DNA of 64,000 nt from Balanoglossus misakiensis (lineage: Eukaryota; Animalia; Hemichordata): contig CM082578.2 of the NCBI GenBank assembly GCA_040954595.2, positions 4,508,831-4,572,830 on the forward strand, read 5' to 3'. A model generated the notes under the pieces. The model was not told the origin of the DNA. It made no database searches and saw only the letters and a program-made list of their open reading frames with translations. Positions 38,061-48,807 of the stretch are shown in pieces (position 1 is the stretch's first letter; each line of letters starts with the position of its first letter). The translations under genes and the position numbers were made by a program.

Positions 38061-38120
38061 TATCTGGTCCCCTGCCCTATTCCCACCGCTGACTGCGCTA
38101 TGGGGCAGGGGACCAGACTA
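38061..38120. mobile_element. 60-bp remnant with the AcademH-like TIR
   Basis: tatctggtcccctgccc..ggggcaggggaccagacta matches the termini of 6554-7467; no TSD seen. Confidence 0.65.
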
Positions 38121-39114
38121 CTTACTAGTAATCGTGCCAACATTTTCACATGAATGCTTATAAACTTGAACAACCGAGAGGTAGTTTTCGGGTACACGTG
38201 ATGTTTTAAATCTGTGACATGCATATGAAAATTTACCAGTTGTACAAATTTCGCTAAACCAATTACAATACAACAATATTTAAGATTTCCCACTAATGAA
38301 TTCATAAAGCTTTTGTCATCAAGTATTTCTTGTTTGTTCCATATAGGGTAATACGTCTTGTTGATTACATTGAAAAAGAATAGTATTTATACATCTTTTA
38401 GCTAAAATTGATGACAAAAAGGCCTTGGAAAGTAAATTTTTCCTAGCCTCGAATTTCTGAAAATCATCATAATTTTCTTAATTTTAGAAGATACTGGTCA
38501 AGTACACTTTTCAAGTACACTTTGTATAGTTCAAAGGGAACTTGCTTTGAGCAGCTTGCTTATAGAGCATGCGGGCGGTTCCAGTTTCCTGCATACTCAG
38601 ATATTTAGGTTTCAATTTCGTGTAGGTAAAATGCACAGACTGTCTAAGAAGCGTAAATTCAAGCGGAAGCGAGAAGAAGGTTTAAAGTCCCTATAGCTGC
38701 CAAATTTCACATATTTTTTTCACATTGAAAAACTTCAAATATATTCCCTATCCTGTAAAATCCTTACCATTAAGCCATATTACTTGCATCTGCATAGCTG
38801 CGTACTGTTTGTATGGAGGCTGATTAAATCGGTGCGTGTTCAAATTGCAACATACAGTCACAATCGGGCATCGAAAAGACATGGACTGACATGGATGTAA
38901 ATGAGATTTAATGTAAATATATGTATTTAATCATAGTTATTTGATCATTGTTATTAATATTGTAAGTCTTTGTGATCCCTATGTCTTAAAACCATGATCT
39001 GGATGGGGGTTTTGTCACTTTGGAAATACTGTTAGCAGTGATTGAACACTGTTATAGAGTCGGCTGTTCAATGCATTATATATTCTCATGTACCTCCTTG
39101 CAACCAGATTCAAC

Positions 39115-39539
39115 CACGGGCGTCATGGAACAATAAAGTGTATAGATATTAATGAACTTAGCATAAACGCGACGTCCTAAATGAACAAAGAATAAAATAT
39201 TTCATGGGTTTGTTTGGTGTGGACGAGAAATGCACTAAAGCTAGGTCAGTGTTAACTTTATGTGCAAAACCACACCGTACGCGTACCTCTATAGGGGATA
39301 GGCACCGTGTGTATACGATCTCGTCTTGAGCAGTAAAGGCGATGTCTACGCATGCGTAAGCGCCCGCAACTGATCTGCCCTGTGTACGTTCGCTCGCATA
39401 TTTTGGAAGTCCAGCTGTAGCTAGGCCGTTCGTGAGTGTAGTTCTCGTTCACATAAAAAAAACAAGAAATAATTTATTGTGTGTTCGTTTAGGCCTATGC
39501 TAAATTATCCATACACTTTATTGTTCCATGACGCCCGTG
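39115..39539. mobile_element. P-superfamily-like MITE, 29-bp perfect TIR, 7-bp TSD
   Basis: TIR cacgggcgtcatggaacaataaagtgtat; attcaac on both sides; the empty site agattcaactgg is present in duplication copy 1 (~36131-36142). Confidence 0.92.
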
Positions 39540-40719
39540 ATTCAACTGGTGTATGGTGACCAGTATCGAGAATGTGCAGGGCCTACAGCAATGGGTGCTG
39601 GGACAATTATTGGCATACACATTAAACATGTATACAGGCATCAGCACATTTTAACCATGCGTGGGAGTTACTAGACTGAAAGATTCAGTTGGGAGGGGCG
39701 CTCTGGTCAAAGAGTCATAGGCATTGCTGGAGCGCCCGCACAGGACCGAATCTTTCAGTCTAGGCAGCTATATGTCTTGACTCCACTACCATACAGTAGC
39801 CCTCTCTCACGCATTGTTGCATAGTAACACTAATCACAGACGACCAAAATATGGTGACAGCCAGACCAAAGAGCAGTCGGCCTTGTTTATTTGCAACTAG
39901 AAAGCGAACTGTGCAAGCTCGAGCAAAGACGTGAACTTCGCACTGAACATATGATAGCAACTATTGTAAGAGAAAATCCAAGACTTTATCTGTGTGGTAA
40001 AACATCCTGTCAGCACCCTATCTAGCGGGTCAGGAAAAAACAGAGATAAACCTTTCAGCCAAAGTGGAAAATACTCTGAAAACCTGCAGTCCATTTGCCA
40101 TGCATGATAGGGCTCGAGGTGTGGTGTTGGACCTCACCGGGTTACCACCAGATTTACAAATCATGTGAAATGGATACAATGTATGAAAACTTTAAAAACT
40201 GTAAAACTTTCCTCCCAAAACTACATGTCTATAACAATACAGGTAGCATCTTCAGACTTGTGAACTGTATACTAATGCTACAAATGCCTAAAAACTGGCG
40301 GCGAAAAAAATTGGATGAACAAGGACCGAACTTCTGTGCTGCTCAAAGATCTGCCTAGAAGTGGCTCAAAATTGCCTCAGCACGCATATGGCATTTTCCT
40401 CACTAAAACCCTCATTGGTCAATGCAACATTTTATATTTACTTATCCAATAAGAATACAACAAAACTATGAGCACGCACTAAACACTGCTTGTGTGCGTG
40501 ACATCAAGACAAAGATTTCGATACTTTACTGTCGAAACGCGCGAAATCATATGTCTTGACTCCACTGCCATACAGTAGCCCTCTCTCACGCATTGTTGCA
40601 TAGTAACACTAATCACAGACGACCAAAATATGGTGACAGCCAGACCAAAGAGCAGTCGGCCTTGACATAGAAATAAAGAACGGGAGGTGGCACTGAGAAA
40701 ATACAGCAACTGTATAAAT

Positions 40720-41730
40720 TTACAGACCTAAAGATTTGGAGACCGAAAGTCGTTTAGCTAAAGAATCTTTAATGTAACCATCCTTGGCACTGTCGGACTT
40801 CCACCGACCATGCCGTTTCCAGCATCTCTCATTAATTGCGCTGTTAGCTGCTGCTGAGGCACCGCTAGCACGAAGAGAATGAATGCCCACATTAACTTGC
40901 TGCCCAGTGACTTCCTTTAACCGTCTGACCAGGCATTCCCTGGTGCGTGTATAGCTTAGCTGTTTGTTGACATAAACAAGCCCCAGTGTATCCTTGGATC
41001 TAAAAACAGGCTTGAACAGATAGTGAGAACTGTGTGGAACACAATTGGCAGCATTTATATACCTAGAATACATGTTGTAAGGGCAAGTGACCGTATCAAG
41101 CTTTGCTAAAACCACAGTGTCGCCCTGCCTATATTGGTCAGTTTTACTTGAAGTGATGAAAAGACTTAAGTGATCTGAATTAACAGTGACATCACAACAC
41201 CTTAATTTGCTGATTTCATCAAACCTCAAGAAAGCAGCAAAGCTGAAAAGAATCATAGTTAAATCTCTCAAAACTAGGAGGTCTTCACTTTCCGCATATT
41301 TCATGCAAAGTTCTTTCAAATCACCTGCTGACACTACGTCCTTTTTGGTGATTGGTTTCTTTGGTTGCCTCTTACTGGCTTCTAACAGACTAATTACAAA
41401 AGGGTGGACAGTGGGGTCTGGATGTGCAGACAAGTTATGAGCCCATTTAATGGCATATACATAACTACTAATGGAATTATAAGTGCAACCTGTATCCAAC
41501 AAATGTGTTAAAAATAATGCAACATGAATTGGTGAAGCAGGCAATGCTTGACCCTTTTTGTCTTTAATAAATGAATTCCACCGTGAGAAATATCCAAGGT
41601 ATTTGCGGCTTGTATTGTCACTCTTTGATAGTGGAATTAGCGCAGACATCTTTTCTCCCAAGGCTCTCAATGATGAATCTTCAATGCCCTCTTCGTCCAT
41701 AAAACTGTCAACGGCTCGCTGGAGATTCAA
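40720..41730 (-). CDS. Tyrosine recombinase/integrase of the YR retrotransposon
   Basis: Catalytic set intact: FLRFDE (R), SKTDQ (K), HSLR, HGRW, GY; SAM-like N-terminal region. The ORF begins at TTG immediately after a splice-acceptor-like sequence. Confidence 0.93.
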   Translation of the reverse strand: MNLQRAVDSFMDEEGIEDSSLRALGEKMSALIPLSKSDNTSRKYLGYFSRWNSFIKDKKGQALPASPIHVALFLTHLLDTGCTYNSISSYVYAIKWAHNLSAHPDPTVHPFVISLLEASKRQPKKPITKKDVVSAGDLKELCMKYAESEDLLVLRDLTMILFSFAAFLRFDEISKLRCCDVTVNSDHLSLFITSSKTDQYRQGDTVVLAKLDTVTCPYNMYSRYINAANCVPHSSHYLFKPVFRSKDTLGLVYVNKQLSYTRTRECLVRRLKEVTGQQVNVGIHSLRASGASAAANSAINERCWKRHGRWKSDSAKDGYIKDSLAKRLSVSKSLGL

Positions 41731-41775
41731 ACCTGTAATGGGAAAAAAGAAAATTTCCGCGTTCAGCTATCATGT

Positions 41776-44637
41776 TTATTCATGCCATACAAATCTTATG
41801 GCAAGCAAGTTAAAACCCAGTGGCTGTTCAGCAAATATCCCATTGTAGCCCTGGCCCCTAATGACTGAGCCTGTCCTAGGCAACGTACGAACTGAAATTA
41901 CGAGAAGATCTTTCTTCAGTGCATGTACATGTAAAATGGGCCAATACTGAGCAGATTTCCACTCAGGCAATATGATTGTACCAGTAGCCCTGTCTTTAAG
42001 CAGTTTCTTAAAAACTAGTAATGCAAGTCTGGGTGGTGGAACTATCCAGTTGTTGTCATTGCCCCAAAACTGTGCAAATGCATCAATACCATTGGTGCCC
42101 GCACACCACCATTTGGAATTAAAAGTTTTACACTGAGCATTGTAGCTACACGCAAATCTATCTACAGAGTGAGGCCCCCAAACTTTGTCTAGCTCTGCAA
42201 ATATTTCAGGACTGATTCGCCAGTCATCAGCATCTTTGCATCTGCTTAACAGATCAGCTTTTCCATTAAGCTCCCTCGGGATCCACTCTGGGATAATCTG
42301 CATGCTATATTTCATGCATATGTCATGCACCTCTAGTGCGATATTTTGCAGGTCTACTTTGACACTGCCTACCTGTAGTATCCGCACCACATTTTGGTTA
42401 TCAGTGAACCATTGTATGCATTTGCCCTCTAGGCATTCTTTGTTGCTCTTTAAAATTCTGGAAACTGCTTCCAGTTCTCGCCATGTGGAGCTTTTAATTT
42501 TCTCCTCAGCAGACCATTGTCCAATGGTTTCAGAGCCGTTATGGTCTACAATAAACCCGCCATAGCCTGAGTCTGAGGCATCACTATAAACAACTACTGT
42601 TGTTGTGGAAACATTGACTAGGTCCGAGCCATTTAGGCTTTCCAGGTTATTGAGCCAGAATAACAATTCATCAAAACTATTCTTAGTTAGTACAACCTGG
42701 CTATTCCATGACGCTCGACTTTCAATACTGTGATAAATATATCGAGTGCGGAGTCTAGCTAATGGCCCTATAGCCCCTTGCATAGAAATTATTTGTCCTG
42801 CAATGCCAGCCAATTTCCTAACTGGAATACACACGGAACCGTGAGCGACTGATTGGACAACTCTGGAAACAACAGATAAAAGATTGATAACTCTTTGTTT
42901 AGTAACATATAGTTTCCCCATCTCCATGTCTAAAATGGTTCCTAGCCATTCAATGATGATAACTGGTTCCCAAAGGCATTTACTTTCTGAGCATAGGAAA
43001 CCAAATTCTTCAAGATCACGTCTGACTATCTTACTCAATGCTGCTGCATCATATTTACCTCTACATCCACCGATCCCGTCATCATAGAAAATAAGGACCC
43101 GGTGGCCTTGGCTACGCCAGTGTGTTACAGGGACACGCATCAACTTTGTAAATATATATGGGGCAGTAGCAATCCCAAAGGCAAGAACGTTAAAGACGAA
43201 AAACTTTTCTCTGCCATTGATATAAAATGCAAAACCCAGATAGGGTCTATGGTCATGAGCTATTTCTATATGGTGAAAAGCTGACTTAATGTCAAATTTA
43301 AACAAAAAATCACCTCTCTCAAACAAGGTACGTGCAACACTGGTATCTTCACAGCAGAATTTGAACTTATACAGACATGGATTGATATGTCTGCAGTCAA
43401 GCACTAACCGCTGTTTTCCATCCTTGTTAGTGGCTACTGATAACGGGTTAACAACGAGTGCAGTGTCACTTGACACTTCGCTAATGGCTCCGATCGTGAG
43501 TAATTTGTCGATAGCTTCGCAAACAAATAACCTGTTGTTAAATACGGAGGTGTTATTAGGTAGCTTGAGGCTATCTGGTAAATGATGGAACGGCAATTTA
43601 TAGCCGTTTAACACGATATCTAGAACGTGCGAATTAGCACCTGCAGATTCCCATTTCTCAGAACACTTTTTGAGCCTCCCTACAGGGCTAACACTATCGG
43701 AAACGCAATCGAATAAAGTATCACTTAACTTTACGCCTCCTTGTTGGCTGTTAGCACTCTTGCTGGCAGCGCAATCCGGGTCTCCACGCCAATGGCCTGG
43801 TTTCCAACAAGCAAAGCATAGTCCTGGTTTGCTGGATGCAATGGCATTCTGCTTTGGTGGTCGTCTGGTCGAGTTGCTTACGTCACCTGGCTGCTCGGCC
43901 TGCATGTACGGCGTATCCCAACGTGGGTATCGTTTGCGTTTTTTCGATTGCTGTTCTTTCACTTTCCTCTGCGCCCTGGTTTGGGCTTTATATATGCGTT
44001 TTTCATCGTCCGAATCGTCGGCAAGCTCGTTTGTTTCGTATTCTTCAACTACTTTCCATCCCAAGTCGTTGCTGTCCGCTAGTCGGATAAGTTTCTGTCT
44101 ATGTTGTATGGTTTTCATACCCTCAGTGACTTGTTCTTGTATCTTCGATACGGTTTCCCCAATGACTCCGGTTTTGGACGTTTCACTGATAGGGTGGACC
44201 AATCTGTCGATTTCCTCAAGATTTTGATGGATGAGTTGGTTATGCTTGTACTGCTCCTCATTTCCCTTCTTCTTGAAAGTGGGACGGTCGTTGGACTTCA
44301 GCTGCTTAATCAGTGAAAGGTGACTTTCTGACAGATCGGTTTGCGACGCAGACAGTTCGCGCTTGAGCGAATTTAGTCGTCCTGTCATCAACTTTTCCAG
44401 ATCGGTCAGTAGGCTGGTATTTGCCGTCTTCAGAGTGTCTGCGACTTGTGTTTCAATCAAACTCTTCAGTTCTGTACTGCTTATGGCTTGCATGGGATTG
44501 GTCATCGTGATGAAGACAAAGCGAAGAAAAAATGACTCAAAACTGGCGGCAAAAAAAAATTGGATGAACAAGGACCGAACTTCTGTGCTGCTCAAAGATC
44601 TGCCTAGAAGTGGCTCAAAATTTGCCTCAGCACGCAT
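41776..44637 (-). CDS. Gag-RT-RNase H-adenine-methyltransferase-like polyprotein (real start probably the Met of MTNPMQ near 44507)
   Basis: Zn knuckle CFACWKPGHWRGDPDC; RT RLVLDCR, DIKSAFHH, FGIATAP, FYDD; RNase H SDAS, RELEAV, TDNQ, ADLLSR; MT-like DRFA..DAF..NWIVPP..PEW..YWP. Confidence 0.93.
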   Translation of the reverse strand: MRAEANFEPLLGRSLSSTEVRSLFIQFFFAASFESFFLRFVFITMTNPMQAISSTELKSLIETQVADTLKTANTSLLTDLEKLMTGRLNSLKRELSASQTDLSESHLSLIKQLKSNDRPTFKKKGNEEQYKHNQLIHQNLEEIDRLVHPISETSKTGVIGETVSKIQEQVTEGMKTIQHRQKLIRLADSNDLGWKVVEEYETNELADDSDDEKRIYKAQTRAQRKVKEQQSKKRKRYPRWDTPYMQAEQPGDVSNSTRRPPKQNAIASSKPGLCFACWKPGHWRGDPDCAASKSANSQQGGVKLSDTLFDCVSDSVSPVGRLKKCSEKWESAGANSHVLDIVLNGYKLPFHHLPDSLKLPNNTSVFNNRLFVCEAIDKLLTIGAISEVSSDTALVVNPLSVATNKDGKQRLVLDCRHINPCLYKFKFCCEDTSVARTLFERGDFLFKFDIKSAFHHIEIAHDHRPYLGFAFYINGREKFFVFNVLAFGIATAPYIFTKLMRVPVTHWRSQGHRVLIFYDDGIGGCRGKYDAAALSKIVRRDLEEFGFLCSESKCLWEPVIIIEWLGTILDMEMGKLYVTKQRVINLLSVVSRVVQSVAHGSVCIPVRKLAGIAGQIISMQGAIGPLARLRTRYIYHSIESRASWNSQVVLTKNSFDELLFWLNNLESLNGSDLVNVSTTTVVVYSDASDSGYGGFIVDHNGSETIGQWSAEEKIKSSTWRELEAVSRILKSNKECLEGKCIQWFTDNQNVVRILQVGSVKVDLQNIALEVHDICMKYSMQIIPEWIPRELNGKADLLSRCKDADDWRISPEIFAELDKVWGPHSVDRFACSYNAQCKTFNSKWWCAGTNGIDAFAQFWGNDNNWIVPPPRLALLVFKKLLKDRATGTIILPEWKSAQYWPILHVHALKKDLLVISVRTLPRTGSVIRGQGYNGIFAEQPLGFNLLAIRFVWHE

Positions 44638-46573
44638 ATGGCATTTTCCTCACTAAAACCCTCATTGGTCAATGCAACATTTTATATTTACTTATCCAAT
44701 AAGAATACAACAAAACTATGAGCACGCACTAAACACTGCTTGTGTGCGTGACATCAAGACAAAGATTTCGATACTTTACTGTCGAAACGCGCGAAATCAT
44801 ATATACGTACATGTAAATAATTTCTTCCCTTAGTCACTGGTGGCGCTGTGCATTCCCATTGCATATACAACACTGTACACAGTTCTATGGCAGTTAATTC
44901 TCTGACCATGCGTGAAATGTATGTGTACAATAAATCCCATTACAATTAGCTAGTTGTGGAAGTCAAGTTCATGTAAAGATAAAAATTATCTAGTGTATAA
45001 ATGCATGTCCTTAACAATAAGCAACGACTTGTTATCCATGTACACGCCTTTTTGTAAAGAATAGTTCATTATCTTTGAGATAAAATGTTGATTTTATTCA
45101 TTTAAAGGGCATAGAAATGCTCTCAGATACATTTAAACATAATTTTATTGCTTCAATTCGCATTCTTGTAGATATACATGTATTTGTATGAACATTTGTG
45201 CATATTTATTAAAAACATGCTGAACTTTATCAATGCTCTAATAAACTTATAATTTTATTGAAACCGTGGGATTCCTTTCATGCATTTTTTATTTTACAGC
45301 ATATCATACAATTTTACTGCCTCTAAATCTGCATTGTTTTAATAATATAAGCGGTGTTAGTGATGACATAGCTGATTTACTGTAGTTGTTGTCAGTCAGT
45401 CTATATATATACATGTATGTCTGCATGTGAGGGTGTCCGTCAACTCAAATATTTTGAGAACCGGAATAGATACAAGCTGGAAATTTTGATGCATCACGGA
45501 CATATGCACATGTTTTAGTTTTCATCATATTGATGCAAATGAACTCAAAAATTCTCATTTTTGGTCAAAAATCATCTCGGAAACCACTTTCTGCATATAT
45601 TTAGAAATTCAGTTGTGCACACCTAGCAAAATCTTCAACTTGATTGAGGGGTGGCTAGTTTATGAAGAAGAAGACGAAGCAGCTATTTCAGCATTATATC
45701 AATGATAAAATACTTAACACGCTCGCTTCATTTTTTTACACTTTTATTTATTTGACAACATTTTACAATACATAGTCATTTCATGCACAGGTGAATATAG
45801 TCGACTAATCAGACCAACTATCTCACAGAGAATAGATTACAATCTAATCATTTAATGTTCAAGAAAGCAAAATCATCCAATCAGATAAAATTTTACAGTT
45901 CATGGGTCAACCACAAATTGGAACTAAAACAAACGTGCTCATAAACACAATGTTTGACCTTAAATGCTATTACCAAGTTGTTGCAAGTCGGGTATTTTAT
46001 GATGCGAATTTTCAGGTCATCAGCCCAATATACAAACAAACTCGGATAAATTATTAAATGACAAGTGAAAGAGTTTTAATGTCAGACCTTACATTATTTA
46101 CATTTGAATATCTGTTCTGAGTAACAGGAAATGTGAAATTTCAAACGGTGATGTCAAATGAAAAAGACGGTAAACATGTTTTTCTTAAACCATTAAAACA
46201 TTGAATATATAAGCAACGTGATACTCTTTTTTGAAATCATTTCTCTCACGTAATGCACAAAATATGCAAATTAGCTGGAAAAATGTGAATTTGGGCAAAA
46301 CTCAGTAACTCAAGAACAACTGGTCAGATTGCTTTGCAAAGTGGTGTGTATTTACTTTATTGAGTTGTTTTAATTAGGCAGGAACTCCCCTGTGTGATTC
46401 ATATAAACACAGCAAATTCCTGACATGACGTCATTAATATATATACAGGTGTTTTCTGTTACTGAACTGGGGGATCTGGAAGGACTGACCCGGAACCATA
46501 TATAGGTTGTATGTTTCATATCAGTAATAGGTTTCCGCCCGTAGGCAACGCATGTCAACGATTACGCGCCATA

Positions 46574-46660
46574 CTTGTACTGAAACTGATCATCAAAGGG
46601 ATCATCATGACGTTGATCTCCTGACTCCAGTGTCAGATAAATACATTCAGGAAAGAGAAA
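46574..46660 (+). repeat. Orphan copy of a TRIM coding fragment (53553-53665)
   Basis: 80 bp matching 53553-53632 with one mismatch, then continuing with gaaagagaaa as at 53656. Confidence 0.9.
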
Positions 46661-48744
46661 CAACCCGAACAATTTGACAAAAAAGTTCCCTTTCGTTTTC
46701 TAACTGTCTAATAAAAAAACTGGACAGACAAATCCGCCATTTGCTCCTTATTCAATTCTGTGTATAAATATTCAGGTAGAAGTATATAAAGATTACGCCG
46801 TTCTTTCTGTTGGTGAACAACCTTATCATCGCCTGTTATTGTCGCTAATGCAACCAGAACATGGAACGGAAGAATGAAAGAACCTTCAAAACAGAAAAGA
46901 CCAGAAGAATAAATTCCACCTATATACTCCGTGTAATTTGAATAGAATGGAGCAATTAGAAAGTGTTGTGTCATTCGGTACTTCGTGTGGCTACTTATTG
47001 ATTCTACTACAATATTTGTTAGATTCGTTATCATGTTATTGATTATCCTTCACCTTACTGACAATGCATTTAACTTCATGGGTCTGTTTTTTCAACAACA
47101 GTAACATTTAAATCAATACCACATTTTTTATCAAAGATATGAGGTAAGATAAGTATGGTGTATTGTCAAGTGATAAAAACATCGTCTAAGTAAAACAACA
47201 ACAGATCCTGCCTGATTATGATAAAATTTTGTGCAACATTGAATCTTAAACACACCGTGATGTTGCTTAACCATCTGTAGTGTAACAAGAGCAAGACATT
47301 TTTTTCTGGAAGCATAACGCCTGTTCACATACTGAATATTGCAGATATATAGTTGACATATCAACCGAAGAAACCGAATGACCTTTTTAAGCGAATTCGC
47401 CTCAGTGGAAAAATATTTCCCGCTAAATTTGAATGGATAATGTTAAAATTTCGTAATGGTTTCTGCCCAGGAGCGCGATACAAAGTCAACATTCCACATT
47501 GAAGTTAATCATCGTATAAATACATATACAAGGAAAATATTAACTTTAAGAACTAATTCACAGCCTGAGACAAGCTAGGACATACGGTGGCCCGTATATG
47601 ACAACCAAAATCTAACTAAGCGGACACAACTCTTCATTTATTGGACACAACACAAAATGCATTATATGTGGTGATTGGGTCATTTTACTTCGCTAGAAAA
47701 TTCAGACATTCAGACGTCGATCGATAGTATGTACATGTACTTCAGTATGTTATTATTTTGTATTGATAGCTAATACTAAAGTTTAGATTTATTATGTGGT
47801 ATCAAGCTAAAACACGATCTATCCAGATGGTACAGCCAAGTACATTGCTTAAACAATACAAGCTGGAAGGGAGTGGGACAATAGGTAATACGTAAATCTA
47901 ATGTAATGACTAACAACAGGAATATATTGAATCTAATCTGACAACTCAATCAAATAAATCGGCATACCGCAGTAATCTAAAGCACTCGCATAGCTCCAGT
48001 CAGGTCATGCAAAGTGGTTCGTGACCAACCAACCCCAATTCTTACTTGATTCAAAGTTGCCTTGCAAGTAAAACTTGAGAATAAGCAAAAAAAGCTTCTC
48101 AACTGGTCATCATATCCTGTATATGTATAATGGCAAACGTTTTAATCGACAAATGAATTGTATGTAGTCCGGATTTGAATTTAAATTTTGCACAATGACA
48201 ATGCTGACTATATACGCGTAGGTTGTGTTAATAAGCTGGATACTGGGTATTTCATCACGCTTCAGGAAGTTGAACAAAAAAAATGCGATAGGCATACACA
48301 ACTAAAATAGTGAAATGATACAGCTAAACGGAGCTTTAATAGAATTGATCAAAAACGCCACAGAGACGTAAATTAAACCCCAAACGGAGTTGACTTGCAC
48401 CAACAGAACATTCAGAACTCTACTCCGATTATTGGAATTTATCTGATAAAAAGTGACATACGTTCGAAATACAGTTAGCTATAAGTAGAATACTTATCAT
48501 TTCTATGATGTCGCTGACCTGGAATTTGAAGTACCGGTGCTGTTATAAAAAAAACATCGCATGAAAATGACGTGTTAAACAACCTTTGTCAAGCTTAATG
48601 ATTAATATATACTCGTACCTTGGCCCGAGTCCAGCTACATTAAACTTGTTATCACACGTCATAAGTGGTCAGTAGCATTTATCGAATTCATTCGAAGCTG
48701 TGCTTTGCTCCCAGGCAGACGGCGTGGGCCTGACTTAGGCTAGG

Positions 48745-48807
48745 TGACACCAATGACGTATTGTTAATCTATAGGAAGCTGAGAACCAATTTCGAATCTC
48801 CGTAAAG
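48745..48807 (+). promoter_or_regulatory. Candidate promoter/first non-coding exon of the TRIM gene
   Basis: CCAAT at 48750 and 48786, CRE-like TGACGTA, consensus donor AAG|gtaagt at 48808; acceptor tttatttttcag| at 51759 lies 40 nt before gccATGG. The pairing is inferred only. Confidence 0.3.

Larger units (their letters stand above)
39770..44802 (-). mobile_element. Full-length tyrosine-recombinase retrotransposon (DIRS order, PAT-type split direct repeats)
   Basis: Sense-strand order A1(44802-44539)-gag/RT/RNaseH/MT-YR-B1(40664-40549)-A2(40552-40291)-spacer-B2(39885-39770); repeat pairs differ at only a few bases. Confidence 0.95.
38874..46261 (+). repeat. Segmental duplication copy 2, interrupted by a P-like MITE and a YR retrotransposon
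   Basis: 38874-39114, 39540-39773 and 44799-46261 are colinear with 35910-37993; ~165 bp of copy 1 (about 36950-37110) is absent. Confidence 0.92.

Noticed and set aside
39886-40290. Possible ribozyme in the YR element's A2-B2 spacer
   Set aside because: Only a short hairpin (gaggt..acctc) is visible; no hammerhead or HDV core could be identified by eye.
41776-42260. Bacterial or phage Dam methylase plus integrase suggesting prophage or HGT
   Set aside because: MT-like and YR domains are standard parts of DIRS/PAT retrotransposons and lie inside the split repeats.
41186-44656. Plus-strand ORFs over the YR element
   Set aside because: Antisense shadows of the real - strand ORFs.
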